62,844 bases of DNA, filler included, from Stramenopiles sp. TOSAG23-2 (GCA_900128395.1; 17 parts of 17 records of this genome joined end to end with filler, not necessarily neighbours in it), one strand, 5' to 3'. Positions 20,558 to 31,772 are shown, numbered from the whole stretch's first letter. The notes: generated by a model not told the origin, from the sequence alone. Program-made: numbers and translations.

Positions 20558-23500
20558 TTAAAAATGAACACAATCATTTGCATTGTTACATTTATGCGCA
20601 CCATCTTCATTGACAATAATAGGTGGATAATATGGTGGATCTTCTCTTAAAGATGTAAATTCCCATTCCAAAATATCATGTACTTGCCACATATTTTCTC
20701 CCGTTGCAGCTGTGAAGCCGACATATGCTCTACCACTTTGTAGTTCCAGAGTATCAGGTAAATTCATTGGTACAGTTAAAATTGGTGCTTTTAAATCATC
20801 TACGTACACTGCCAAGGAACCCATTCCCGTGGACCAATCCCCTTGACCACCACTTTTCCAATCCCCATTTTCTAAAAATTCTACTACATGCGGCGCATCG
20901 GGTATAAATGCATTATCAGCAGAGAACAATAAATCCTCATCAAAAGTAGGTGTATATCTAACCCGAGCAAAATGTTCCCCATCTGAAAGATCAGGAACAG
21001 CAGTAGTTGATCCAAACTCATATGAATGATTCGCACTATTTCTAAACCGGAACCCCCTACTATGCACACTAACGTGATTTTCACCAGGATCGTAAAATTC
21101 ATAATTATAATATGTGTCAAATTCGATAGCCATAGAATTCATTATTCCACCGTATCCCATCTCCATCCCTGCTTTACCAAGTGCCAATGGATCAAAATTT
21201 TGGATGACAAACGCAAATCCATCTGCACCTCTAGATCTACAATGTGTATATACATCGTCCATTGTCCCGCAGACCATAGACGGGTTACTTAAACGAAATT
21301 TAAACGTAGTATCAAATCCTTCTCTAACATTCATTACTCTTGGATACCACGCAGCACCAGATTTACGAGCAAAAGATGGGGTTAAACGTAATGCGCCACC
21401 ACATCTCGCCGTTGCATTGTGAGATGTTAATTCAGATACATCACCAATTATAATACCATCCCCAAGTGCATTTGTCGATACATTTCGATTTCGAAAATTG
21501 GCAACATACCTTTCTGGAATTTTAGCAGTGCCAATAGCACTGCATACCAAGGTGCAACCAATAGTACTACGTGTACCTTTTTCGAAATCTACAGAAGTTG
21601 TTTGAAATCCGTCACAACATGCAAATGATGAATTACAATTTTCAAGATTTGCATCACCTACTAAATTTATACCATAATGGCCTTCCCCATGATGATTACC
21701 AGTTGGACCTTGCATTGTCCTTGTGTCCACTGCACCACCTGTTTTTGGCAACAAAGTGGAATTTGCATCAAATTCATCAAATCTAAAATCTACTTTTCGT
21801 GTCCATACAGGTTCTGTCCATGGAGAATATGCACCAAATAATGCACCGTTGACAGCTGGTCGCCTGCCATATAAATCTAATTGCTGCCATTGCCTACCAG
21901 TACGCGTATTTGGGTTTTCACCAGCTGTACGGCAATGTTTGTCGCCATATTCCAGGTTACAGGCTGTAACATCTTGATCTTCTGTTAAACCAGATACGGA
22001 TACACGATACATTGAATCACTTTGAAGACCTACTAAGGTTGTTTTCGTTACATTTCCAACAGTGACTTCATGAACGGCACCTTTTTGCAAAGTTGTTGGA
22101 TGTTGCAGACGCTCAACCCTGATGTTATACCCCGTAACAGTCAATGCATCCCAATAATCAACTGGTGGTAACCAACTAAGATCAAAACTTCTTGCTGCTA
22201 CATTAGAAATATTTGGTTGCGGGCATTCTGGTGGAGGCCGTGCATATGAAAAATACTTTTGTGTCCCAGATAAACCAGGCAATTTACCGTTTGTTACCGT
22301 CACTTCTTGGTCATGGCCACTTCCAACAGGAGATAGGCATGTAAATTGTCTTTCTGGTATGGTCATTTTAACATTTGTGCATGGATTACCACCAATTGTA
22401 ATTGTTGGCAATTGAGAATTCCATGAAGGATCAAATACACCAAAATTACGCCCAGTAATGGTGATTAACTCACCACCGGATTGTAAACAATTATAGGTTT
22501 TCCCATACCACCATTCACTAAATTGCGTGTCTTTCGTCTGCACATATGATAAACTAGGTTTACCTTCGTGCATATGGACAATATGCGTTTCCACTGTCGT
22601 ATTATGGGCGCCGTAAACCATTGCTGGGTTCGTAGTTGAATTGACATAACGTTTATTAATACAACCTTCTACGGTCATAATTGTAGGTGCTTTAGCAATT
22701 TTAATCCAATCAATTGCAAATGTTTCTCCAATATTTGGTACTTCCCTATATGAAAAAGTGATCAACGTGCCAGTAGCACCGCTTGTTGCCATTGGTTGGC
22801 ATCTTGAATACATTATACACCGTCCATTATCATGCAATGCAGCGACGCATTGACTTGTTTTTTCACATAATTTATTGCATTCATTGATTGTTGGTATGGC
22901 GGTATTTGATATTAAAATTTCATTTCGCTCTGTATTGCCGGTATTAGCATTTAAACAACGATATTCCGTCCGTTCTAAACTTTCTTTACTATCAGGTATA
23001 ACAGGATGAAAGCGTATCTGCGATATTAGACCTTTGTAATGATTAAATAATGGTACGTAATAATTATGCCAATCACCATCATTGTTAACAACAAAGTCAG
23101 CAAAAAAACTGGTTTGATCTGCACTTAATGTGGATGGATCGCTCGTATTTCCACCAGTTTCACTGAGATATGAGATGGGAGTCGACCATGCAGGATGTTG
23201 TATCACATCCATCTGCCCATCATATGGAAATCTATCCCCCGCGAGGCGTACATACAAACGCCCGGTACTGCAGCTACCACGATATGCCATACGAAAACTT
23301 ACATAGTGTCTAGCGTCGACTTGGTCAGGTAAATTATTAGCGTTAACAATAAAAGTTGGTGAGTCAAAATGTGGATATGGCCCTCTAATACGACCTCTCA
23401 ACTCTCCACCCCTGACATATAGTTCAGTATGTAATTCCTCCGTAGTTGAATTCCCCCAACCATTCGTGTCCCCTTCAAATTCCCAACTTGCTTCCTCTGA

Positions 23501-23632
23501 ATGTATAGTTTCATATTGGTGCGTACTTTGTACAAAAATATTATTTTGAATATTTAAATGTATACATAATATTAATAATATTACAACTATTGATAAAGAT
23601 GACGGTTGTATATGAAATAAATGTACCAACAT
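20558..23632 (-). CDS. Secreted multidomain protein: PAN/apple-like, IPT/TIG, FN3, legume (L-type) lectin
   Basis: Hydrophobic N-terminus; ECNKLCEKTSQCVA; GGELITITGRNFG...ITIGGNPC (TIG); SFDLSWLPP...GLQSDSMYRVSV (FN3); GADGFAFVIQ, AIEFDTY, AYVGFTAATG (legume lectin). Confidence 0.9.
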   Translation of the reverse strand: MLVHLFHIQPSSLSIVVILLILCIHLNIQNNIFVQSTHQYETIHSEEASWEFEGDTNGWGNSTTEELHTELYVRGGELRGRIRGPYPHFDSPTFIVNANNLPDQVDARHYVSFRMAYRGSCSTGRLYVRLAGDRFPYDGQMDVIQHPAWSTPISYLSETGGNTSDPSTLSADQTSFFADFVVNNDGDWHNYYVPLFNHYKGLISQIRFHPVIPDSKESLERTEYRCLNANTGNTERNEILISNTAIPTINECNKLCEKTSQCVAALHDNGRCIMYSRCQPMATSGATGTLITFSYREVPNIGETFAIDWIKIAKAPTIMTVEGCINKRYVNSTTNPAMVYGAHNTTVETHIVHMHEGKPSLSYVQTKDTQFSEWWYGKTYNCLQSGGELITITGRNFGVFDPSWNSQLPTITIGGNPCTNVKMTIPERQFTCLSPVGSGHDQEVTVTNGKLPGLSGTQKYFSYARPPPECPQPNISNVAARSFDLSWLPPVDYWDALTVTGYNIRVERLQHPTTLQKGAVHEVTVGNVTKTTLVGLQSDSMYRVSVSGLTEDQDVTACNLEYGDKHCRTAGENPNTRTGRQWQQLDLYGRRPAVNGALFGAYSPWTEPVWTRKVDFRFDEFDANSTLLPKTGGAVDTRTMQGPTGNHHGEGHYGINLVGDANLENCNSSFACCDGFQTTSVDFEKGTRSTIGCTLVCSAIGTAKIPERYVANFRNRNVSTNALGDGIIIGDVSELTSHNATARCGGALRLTPSFARKSGAAWYPRVMNVREGFDTTFKFRLSNPSMVCGTMDDVYTHCRSRGADGFAFVIQNFDPLALGKAGMEMGYGGIMNSMAIEFDTYYNYEFYDPGENHVSVHSRGFRFRNSANHSYEFGSTTAVPDLSDGEHFARVRYTPTFDEDLLFSADNAFIPDAPHVVEFLENGDWKSGGQGDWSTGMGSLAVYVDDLKAPILTVPMNLPDTLELQSGRAYVGFTAATGENMWQVHDILEWEFTSLREDPPYYPPIIVNEDGAHKCNNANDCVHF

Positions 23633-24339
23633 ATTTTCACACACACACACACACACACACGGACAAATACGTAAACCTCCCCCAAATTGATATAATATAC
23701 AGTACTAAATACTACTATATGTAGAAATATAGTTGGATGGATAATTATGAGATATGCTACAGTAAATCCGTATAACAACTTCTCGAATAATATATATATA
23801 AATATTTTGTATTTATTATTATTATGTGGCAAAACGATACTGTGTGCTTGTAGTCGTCATCAGTGTTTTTAATTAGTATTTTTTGAATTATTATTATTAT
23901 TTTTAGACCAATTGCATTCGATTCTAAAGTGAAACAATGCTATGTGGATGCTATAAATACACCTTAAACTAATTTTCGAAGTGTCTCGTTGTCGTCTCTT
24001 TTATAAAATGGCTACTACAAAATATAGAATTATTACGGGATTGGTGTATGTATAAAATAGGTGAAAGACAAAAGTTGGTAAGATTGTTTATTGTTGTATT
24101 TATTTACTGTTTTGTTTTTTTGTTGATTTATTGTTGTTATTATTATTATTAAGATACTTTTGTTTGGTAAATACAAAAGTAACAGAATAGGAAATTGACA
24201 TCCTGGAAAGATGTCATCACTTGCAGCTGCACGTGCGGANNNNNNNNNNNNNNNNNNNNNNNNNNNNNNNNNNNNNNNNNNNNTTAATTAATTAANNNNN
24301 NNNNNNNNNNNNNNNNNNNNNNNNNNNNNNNNNNNNNNN

Positions 24340-25250
24340 ATTTAGCTTTTGCACTTTTCTTTGATTTATCTGATTTAGCTTTTGCACTTTTCTTCGATTT
24401 ATCTGATGCAGCTTTTGCACTTTTCTTTGATTTATCAGACGATTTCTTTGCTGATTTTGCAGCTTTATCAGATGATTTCTTTGCTGATTTTGCAGCTTTA
24501 TCAGATGATTTCTTTGCAGATTTAGCTGCACTTTCAGAACTTTTTTTAGCTGATTTTGCTGCTTTCTCTGAACTTTTTTTTGCTTGAGCAGAACTTTTCT
24601 TAGCTGATTTAGCCGCATTAGCTGAGCTTTTTTTAGCATTACTTGCACTTTTCTTTGCACTACCACTTTTACTCGATCCTTTACTTGCACTGGCACTACC
24701 ACTTGCACCACCTTTACTCGATCCTTTACTTGCACTTGCACTACCACTTGCACTTGCACCACTTTTACTCGATCCTTTACTAGCACTGGCACTACCACTT
24801 GCACTTGCACCACCACTACCACTTTTACTCGATCCTTTACTAGCACTAGCACTACCTTTCACACTAGTACTTTGACTTGCACTGGCACTGCCACCTTTAC
24901 CTCCTTTTTTAGATGTCGTTGTTTCTAAGAAACTTTGTTTCGTTGTACTAGTTTTTGACTCCTCCGATTCGTCTTCCTCTTCTCTATCATGCAGCCCATC
25001 GCCATTTGCATAATCATAATTCCAAATTACTTTGTCGATACCTAAATATTTTGGTGCAACGTCAGACGTAGGACGAAAATCAGCTGGACATAAGTTACAA
25101 CAAGGGATTTTTTTACTAGTACCTGGCAATCTAAATTTTGGATGTGGTGCAAGAACTTTGACCCAATCATCAGGCGGACATGGTGTTAGTTTTGGTGGGT
25201 CTGGTTTATATTCGGCTTTTTTCATCGGGCTTTGAGATAGTATAGCTGCT
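24340..25250 (-). CDS. Fragment of a low-complexity Ser/Ala/Lys repeat protein (both ends uncertain)
   Basis: CCNLCP and SFLE motifs, then GSASASKGSSK repeats and 11-residue KSAKKSSDKAA repeats running into the linker. Confidence 0.75.
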
Positions 25251-25254
25251 ACTG

Positions 25255-25494
25255 ATGGCAGGCTGCAATGAATATACATGTATACAAAAAGGTTATGGCG
25301 CAGATATTAGTAGTGGCGGCATGGCATTAAGGCCTATGAATACTAAAAATAAATGCCCAGATTATAGTGCAGTTAGTTCTTTAGAAACATTGATGAAACA
25401 TGGTATCACTACGGATATATTACGTTGGTATGGTACATTATGTGAAAAAGTGGATGGCTGTATGTATATTAAAGCTACAAATACGTGTGTGTAA
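25255..25494 (+). CDS. 3' fragment of a Cys-containing protein
   Basis: Coding-like sequence ending in TAA followed by (GA)n and an AT-rich 3' region; abuts the opposite-strand ORF with no promoter space. Confidence 0.5.
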   Translation: MAGCNEYTCIQKGYGADISSGGMALRPMNTKNKCPDYSAVSSLETLMKHGITTDILRWYGTLCEKVDGCMYIKATNTCV

Positions 25495-25712
25495 ATTCAA
25501 GAGCGAGAGAGAGAGAGAGAGAGCGAGAGAGGAAGAGACATACTTGTGTGTGTGTGGGAAGCTCTCTGTATATTTTATCGTATCACCTAGATATTATTTT
25601 TTACGACTCGTATATATTTTTACTTCGTACACCTTTTTATATTTTATTATGCATTTTCATTTAATATTCATAAAAAATTTTATATATATATCATATTTTT
25701 TAATTTACCCCT

Positions 25713-25799
25713 TCAGTATTCTCTGGACACCAGAGGCATTTCCTGGCCCAAATCTCAGTATTCTCTGGACACCAGCAGAGGCATTTCCTGGTAAAAATC
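25713..25799. repeat. Diverged tandem dimer of about 42-45 bp
   Basis: TCAGTATTCTCTGGACACCAG(CAG)AGGCATTTCCTGG occurs twice. Confidence 0.85.
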
Positions 25800-25865
25800 T
25801 ACGTTTACCTTCACAGTACACGGCACACATTTTATCTGGTTTTATACTCGTATTTAAATATAAAA

Positions 25866-27899
25866 CTATGAACAATCTTCAACGTTATTCGATATAAAAC
25901 TGTGCCAAGCATTTATTGTAGCGTCATTTTGATCAATGAAGACGACAGAAGGTGGCGATTTCTTATGGCAGTATCGATTGTCCTCAATAATGTTTCCAAG
26001 CGGTACACATGGAAAGTCATCATAAATATTTACAATATTAGGATAATTTGTTGAATATGGTGGTAATTTATAGTTAACACTATCCAATTCATTTTTGAAG
26101 CAAATGGTGCCAGTGCAATTTTCAAGGCAAGCAGCATGTTGCCATTTCATACCACGATTATCAAATGCAATATCTTTATCATTATTTAAGAAGTAATTAT
26201 CGTGTATGTGATTTCTTCTACCACCCCCAAGTAAAATACCTGTAGTACTGTTTTGAATAAAATTACCATAAAACTCCCAACCAGACATTTGATCGTCCAA
26301 ATAAAAAGCGTTTTGTGAACACGATTTTTGTGCTAACCTTTCTAACGGGCGTACTTTATCAAATGTGTTAAAACGAACTACATTTCCACGTTGTGACCAC
26401 GATCGGCCGATATAGAAACTTCCAGTATCTGTACATTCATAACTAGCTTCCACAATTGAATTGTACTCAAACAGATTGTTGTTTCCACCACCTTGTATTG
26501 CAGTATGTGGTGCACGAGATAACGAATTGTTTGCAATATACATACCTACGCCATTAAAACCAATTGCTGGCCGATAAGTGCGTATTAATCTGGAAAAATT
26601 AGAAACCGTATTTCCAATGGCACGCAGGCCACTGCTAGTTAAATTTTTGATACTCCCTCCCTGTAATTGAACACCAAATGTACCACAGCCATAAATAATT
26701 GATCTAGTGACATTGGAATCTTGTCCTTGTAAATCCACACATGAACCTACTGTATTCGATATTGTGCAATTATCAATCGCAATATTATCTGCATTTTTTA
26801 ATTGTATACCATTTCCCTGTGAAATGCTAAATACTAGATTTTGAAAAGATACATATTTTAGCGTATCTATTACATTTGAAGATGATACAATTGTGTCATG
26901 TGTCGACAATATCAAATCTATTGATTTTATATTGTTATCCGTGGAAGGCAAAATAACGTATAAAGTGCCATTGTTTCGATTTATAAAATATTCTCCAGGG
27001 CTATCAACAAATGCCAATGAATTCAACATATAAAATCGAAATCCTAATGTGGGTGGGTATTGAGGAGGAGTTTTTTTATCCATGAATACTCTGAAAGTCT
27101 TGTTATTTATTTTTTCCACATGATCAATCAAAACATAAGTATCACGCCAATCGAATTTAAAATATCCATGGATCCACGTGTCGCATTTTTTGTTGCCCTG
27201 GCAACTTTTCAGTAAAAGATTCCCACTAATAGTGTCATTAATATCAAAATAGGATTCATTATTATTTACATTTACAATGTCTTCATATCCTATCCAATTC
27301 CATGGCTCAAAAATATTATCATTTGGTACATTGGGAAACCGTCCATTTACCATTGTCTGATAAGTTTTACTTGTCTCTTGTTTAAAAAATAATTCAGCTA
27401 ATTTAGTTGGATATGGATTTTTGAAATTGCCAAGTATTGATTGATTTAAATCTAAGCCTGCATCAAAAAGATCAATTGCATAGAGGTCCAGATTATGTTC
27501 CCCAACATATTGGTTTACTAATCGAAATTTTTCATTTGGCAATTTAATGCCACCAATCAATTCTGCATTTGTTTCCAGACTTGTATATATAATTTGGGAA
27601 TCACTACTCCCGGAATCAAGAGATGGATTCAAGTTAAATGCTTTCTTTAAATAATGCTGCCCACCTTCTAATTTCACAAAGGTAGTACCAGAAGAATGTA
27701 TTTTTTGTTGCTGACGTAATAAATCTCTTGCTTCGTGAATTGTATCTACAATTATTCCATCATAAATATTAAATTGTTTTGATAAATATTGCTGTGTGAG
27801 TTTTGAATCTTTACTTTTACGAACGTAAATGTCTTTTGCATTAACTGAATGCAGACAACAAATGAATAATAAAAAAATGATAGACGGTAACAATAACAT
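25866..27899 (-). CDS. Secreted right-handed parallel beta-helix (pectin lyase fold) protein, putative glycan-active enzyme
   Basis: Signal peptide; WIHGYFKFDWRD, DSPGEYFIN, GNNNLFEYN, DTGSFY.GRSW..RGNVVRFN, YLDDQMSG, LLGGGRRN; intronless. Confidence 0.85.
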   Translation of the reverse strand: MLLLPSIIFLLFICCLHSVNAKDIYVRKSKDSKLTQQYLSKQFNIYDGIIVDTIHEARDLLRQQQKIHSSGTTFVKLEGGQHYLKKAFNLNPSLDSGSSDSQIIYTSLETNAELIGGIKLPNEKFRLVNQYVGEHNLDLYAIDLFDAGLDLNQSILGNFKNPYPTKLAELFFKQETSKTYQTMVNGRFPNVPNDNIFEPWNWIGYEDIVNVNNNESYFDINDTISGNLLLKSCQGNKKCDTWIHGYFKFDWRDTYVLIDHVEKINNKTFRVFMDKKTPPQYPPTLGFRFYMLNSLAFVDSPGEYFINRNNGTLYVILPSTDNNIKSIDLILSTHDTIVSSSNVIDTLKYVSFQNLVFSISQGNGIQLKNADNIAIDNCTISNTVGSCVDLQGQDSNVTRSIIYGCGTFGVQLQGGSIKNLTSSGLRAIGNTVSNFSRLIRTYRPAIGFNGVGMYIANNSLSRAPHTAIQGGGNNNLFEYNSIVEASYECTDTGSFYIGRSWSQRGNVVRFNTFDKVRPLERLAQKSCSQNAFYLDDQMSGWEFYGNFIQNSTTGILLGGGRRNHIHDNYFLNNDKDIAFDNRGMKWQHAACLENCTGTICFKNELDSVNYKLPPYSTNYPNIVNIYDDFPCVPLGNIIEDNRYCHKKSPPSVVFIDQNDATINAWHSFISNNVEDCS

Positions 27900-28522
27900 T
27901 TTGATTTGCTTCGTTATTTTGGTAAAACAAATACAGGAATCTACACATATTATGCACTTATAGGTTTATATATTTTATATATAATATATATATATCTGAT
28001 ATTTATTTAGATATTTAGATGATTTTTTAGCAGCAGCAGTAGTACCTTAACCTGGTATAATATATATATATATGTATGCCTATCATACCAACATAATAAT
28101 TTGTACTTGAAGGGTAAATTAGAATACTAAAAAAGATTTTTGATAGCACAATACATTTTTATTCCTTCTAAGATCGATTCTTGATTCTTCTCTTTGTCCA
28201 ATCATCCAATCAACCAAAGGTCAATTTGTAGATAGACATTTGTCACTTGCAAAACACAGAAGAAGACAGAATTAANNNNNNNNNNNNNNNNNNNNNNNNN
28301 NNNNNNNNNNNNNNNNNNNTTAATTAATTAANNNNNNNNNNNNNNNNNNNNNNNNNNNNNNNNNNNNNNNNNNNNTAATACACCGAAGTGTTTCAAAATA
28401 CGAGAGGAGAAATATGGTAAAGTTGATTGTACATAAGTAATTTGACATTTGAGATGTAATACTGACAAATTAAAAAAATATACAGGGGTGCGGGGTAAAA
28501 AAAATATCTTTTTGCTTTTATT

Positions 28523-30755
28523 TTATGAATCGCCACCAGTGTTTTGCAATAACCTCCTCCTTCTACTACCATTATCTTCACAAGCAATACCATATTTCAC
28601 ACCTTTCACCCATACCGTACATGTACTCATCAATGCACCATTCTCATCCATGACTTCCACTTGATTTTCTGATCGTTCATTTTTACATTGTGGTGGATGT
28701 AATGATGCTTGACATCGATCATATGCAACACCACCATCTTTTGTACAATCATAAATAATATTTACAAGATCGTTCTTACTATTGTATTTCATATTTTTTT
28801 CTGTTAAAAATTTATCTTCCTCTTTACCTAATACTTTAAATTGTAAATCTTTTGCAGTTGTATCAATATGTATATCAACAGCATTTTCTTTTAATAAATT
28901 CATATGTTCCGATACTGGACATGTTGTCTTTGAATTACTAAATGTTTTTCCTTTTAAAAAATCGGAAATACGTTTTGCAATACCATTTTTTGGATCTGCA
29001 ATGTTCATTAAACGTTTGCATAAATGTTTTTCTTCAGTTTTGTAAAATTTAAATCTACCAAGACTAAATAAACGTTTATGAAAACGCATTTTTTTCGTCA
29101 TTTCTTTGAATGCACATTTTTTCATATCAAGACGACAATCTTTTGAACAAGTTGTTTTTGAATTGATGCGTTTGCCTGCATTACTACCACCATAACAATC
29201 TCTAGCATATATAGGCCAATCCGTATATATTGGTTTTACAGTACATGTAAATGTTTGTTCACAATCATCATATACTTTTGTACCTTTTGCAGCAACTTTC
29301 AATGCATGTATTAAATGATGTTGTGTTTCTCGTTCTTTTGTTGTTTTAACATGAACATGTGATAGTTTTTGTTCTATTGCACAATTCAAACAATTAAGAT
29401 AATTTCCATTTGTAAATGTGTTAAATTTATTTGAACATGTATCATAATAATTGTTGGATTTTGTTGGTCTTGTTGGGAGTTTGACGGTTTTTTGCCGATT
29501 TGCTAGATCGTTCTTCCAAGATAAAGTATGTCCTCTTTCAACAGTATAAGGTTCTCTAAATTTATTTGTTGCTTTGTATATATATGGACATTGATTAGCA
29601 AGTTCATCGTAAAATCCATTGTCACGAATTAAACGAATTATTGGGCCATGTCCTTCCTCAAAATTACTTTCAACACACACTCTTGCATATGCCTCCTCTT
29701 CCGAAACAAAATCATACACATGTCTACGCAAGTTCATCTTATATGGAAACGACCTTACAACGAACGGCCTTTTATCCGCATAATAATCATGATATTCATA
29801 CACATCCGTTGTTCTCGTTTTATAACTATTAATTCCAAAGGTATGTTTACTTTTTTCACTTGTACTTCCTTTTGACGATGTTGTTGTTTCACTTGTTGTT
29901 GTTGTTGTCTTTGTTGTTCCTTTCGAAGACGAATCATCTTTTTTTGCTTCATCTGTTCCTGCTGCTGCTGCGTCTTCTTCTTTTTCTTCTTTTTTCACTT
30001 GTACTTCCTTTTGACGATGTTGTTGTTTCACTTGTTGTTGTTGTTGTTTTTGTTGTTCCTTTCGAAGACGACTCATCTTTTTTTCCTTCATCTGTTCCTG
30101 CTGCTGCTGCTTCTTCTTCTTTTTCTTCTTTTTTATTATCATCATCATCATCACTTTGACTGGATGTTCCTTTCGTTGGTACTTGACTACATTCACCTTT
30201 TCCACTTAATTTATCACAATCTTCTTTATAACAAATAGGTTCATTTTTACATGTTGTAGGACAACATTGATAAAAATCTTTCTTATACGAAGTACAATAT
30301 TTTGCCATTGATGCACATTTCCAACTACGAGCACCAAATCTAACAAGTGCTTTTGATAAACAAGCATCATTATCAACACGGTTGCATTTCGAGTTACTGT
30401 TGGTGGTGGTCGTGGTGCTGGTACTGCTACCACTACTACCATCTGGAAGTGAGTCACACGTACCTTTACCACTAAGTTTCTTACATTCTGATTTTGTACA
30501 TATTGGTTCAACACCACAAGTACTTGGACAACAACGGTGCATGTTTTTATTATAACTTGTACAATATTTTTTCACTTGCGAACATTTGGATACACCATAT
30601 TTCGACCATTCGTTTGTAATACAACTATTTGAATCAGCTTTATGACATTTCCCAACTTGTATTTGTTCTTTGATTTGACTTAAACCGTCAAGGCGTAACA
30701 TATGGCTATGTGCAATTGCTAGCACAACACATAATAATAGTATGGTGAACTTCAT
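28523..30755 (-). CDS. Secreted Cys-rich protein: two ShK-like repeats, S/T/E/K linker, Cys-rich C-half ending RRRRLLQNTGGDS; frameshift near 29990
   Basis: Signal peptide MKFTILLLCVVLAIAHS; two C...KYCTSY...CCP[ST]TC..EPIC repeats; ORFs 29949-30755 and 28523-30205 switch frame inside a 139-bp tandem duplication. Confidence 0.8.
29851..30134. repeat. 139-bp tandem duplication causing the frameshift
   Basis: Two copies encoding KEEKEE.AAAAGTDE.KKD.SSSKGTTKTTTTTSETTTSSKGSTSEK with about 4 substitutions; period not divisible by 3. Confidence 0.9.
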
Positions 30756-31399
30756 TGTTTTAATTACAACAATTTATGAAAACTTAATACTTTAACTATT
30801 TTTTGAAAACGTCACTTACTATGCGGATGAAAGCTTTTCGTGCGTGTACGTTGATAATATTTGCTATTTATTGTTATCTGTTGTTATGTCTATGTCTCTT
30901 TGTTATTTGCGTTGTGTATTGTGTGTTTGCGTATATCTATATCTATTATATGTTGTTGTGTTTGTGTATTTTGTGTATTTTGTGTAAAGAGAACCTGTCT
31001 ACCTGCTATAAAAAAAAATTAATCTATTTGGTCTGCCAGTCTGCCTCCCCTCACTTTTTTTCAAGCCCTTTTTGTTAATGCATCACTTCGTGTCGTTGAA
31101 TATTGACTTACAATAGCGAGGTTAAAAAAAATAGCAGGAAATAGCACTAAAAAAAAATTTAAGTATTTTTATAAAACTTTAAGGATTTCGGCCTAAATTC
31201 ATCATTTTTTTTTCTAGGGGTACCTTTCTCTACATCCTCTTGGTCTACATTTTTTGTTGCTATGTCGTTGTATATGTACTTACCTTACATTGTCAATATG
31301 AAATCAAAAAATTTCACGATAACTTAAAAAAAATTCGTGTTTAAAGTGTTTTATAAAATAAACACAAGTGTTACAGACTTTGAATATTGCAACAAGAAC

Positions 31400-31772
31400 A
31401 TGCCACGTAATACCAAAAGCAAAAAACAAACAAAACGGTTGAAGCAAAAAGAGAAAAGACGCACGAAAAGGCAAAAATGCGTCATTTGCTTGACGCGGCC
31501 GTTGCGGAGATTGCCCGAGGATAGCTCAACTTGATCGCATATTGGAGCTGTACCCAGACTTAGTTCGACTAAAGGTAGGAGGCAATAATACATTAATGCA
31601 TCTAACTGCTTTTGATGAGAGCATAGCAGGCATGAAGGTGATTAGTAAACATGGTGGCTCGTGTTTTGAATTGAATGACGAAAACCACACGCCTCTCGAC
31701 ATTCTCAGCTATAGCAGCTTTAAAGCTGGAAGAGAATCGGTGTACGAGCCTGAAGACGAGACGTTGTTGTGA
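31400..31772 (+). pseudogene. Frameshifted ankyrin-repeat-like gene remnant
   Basis: Pieces in three frames: MPRNTKSKKQ...; MRHLLDAAV; GDCPRIAQLDRILELYPDLV...NNTLMHLTA...NDENHTPLDI (ankyrin-like). Confidence 0.45.

Noticed and set aside
24340-24660. Histone H1
   Set aside because: There is no winged-helix domain and no Pro-rich KPK repeats, and the linked segment is Cys-rich.
29985-30000. Programmed ribosomal frameshift
   Set aside because: The shift coincides exactly with the junction of a 139-bp duplication, which explains it more simply.
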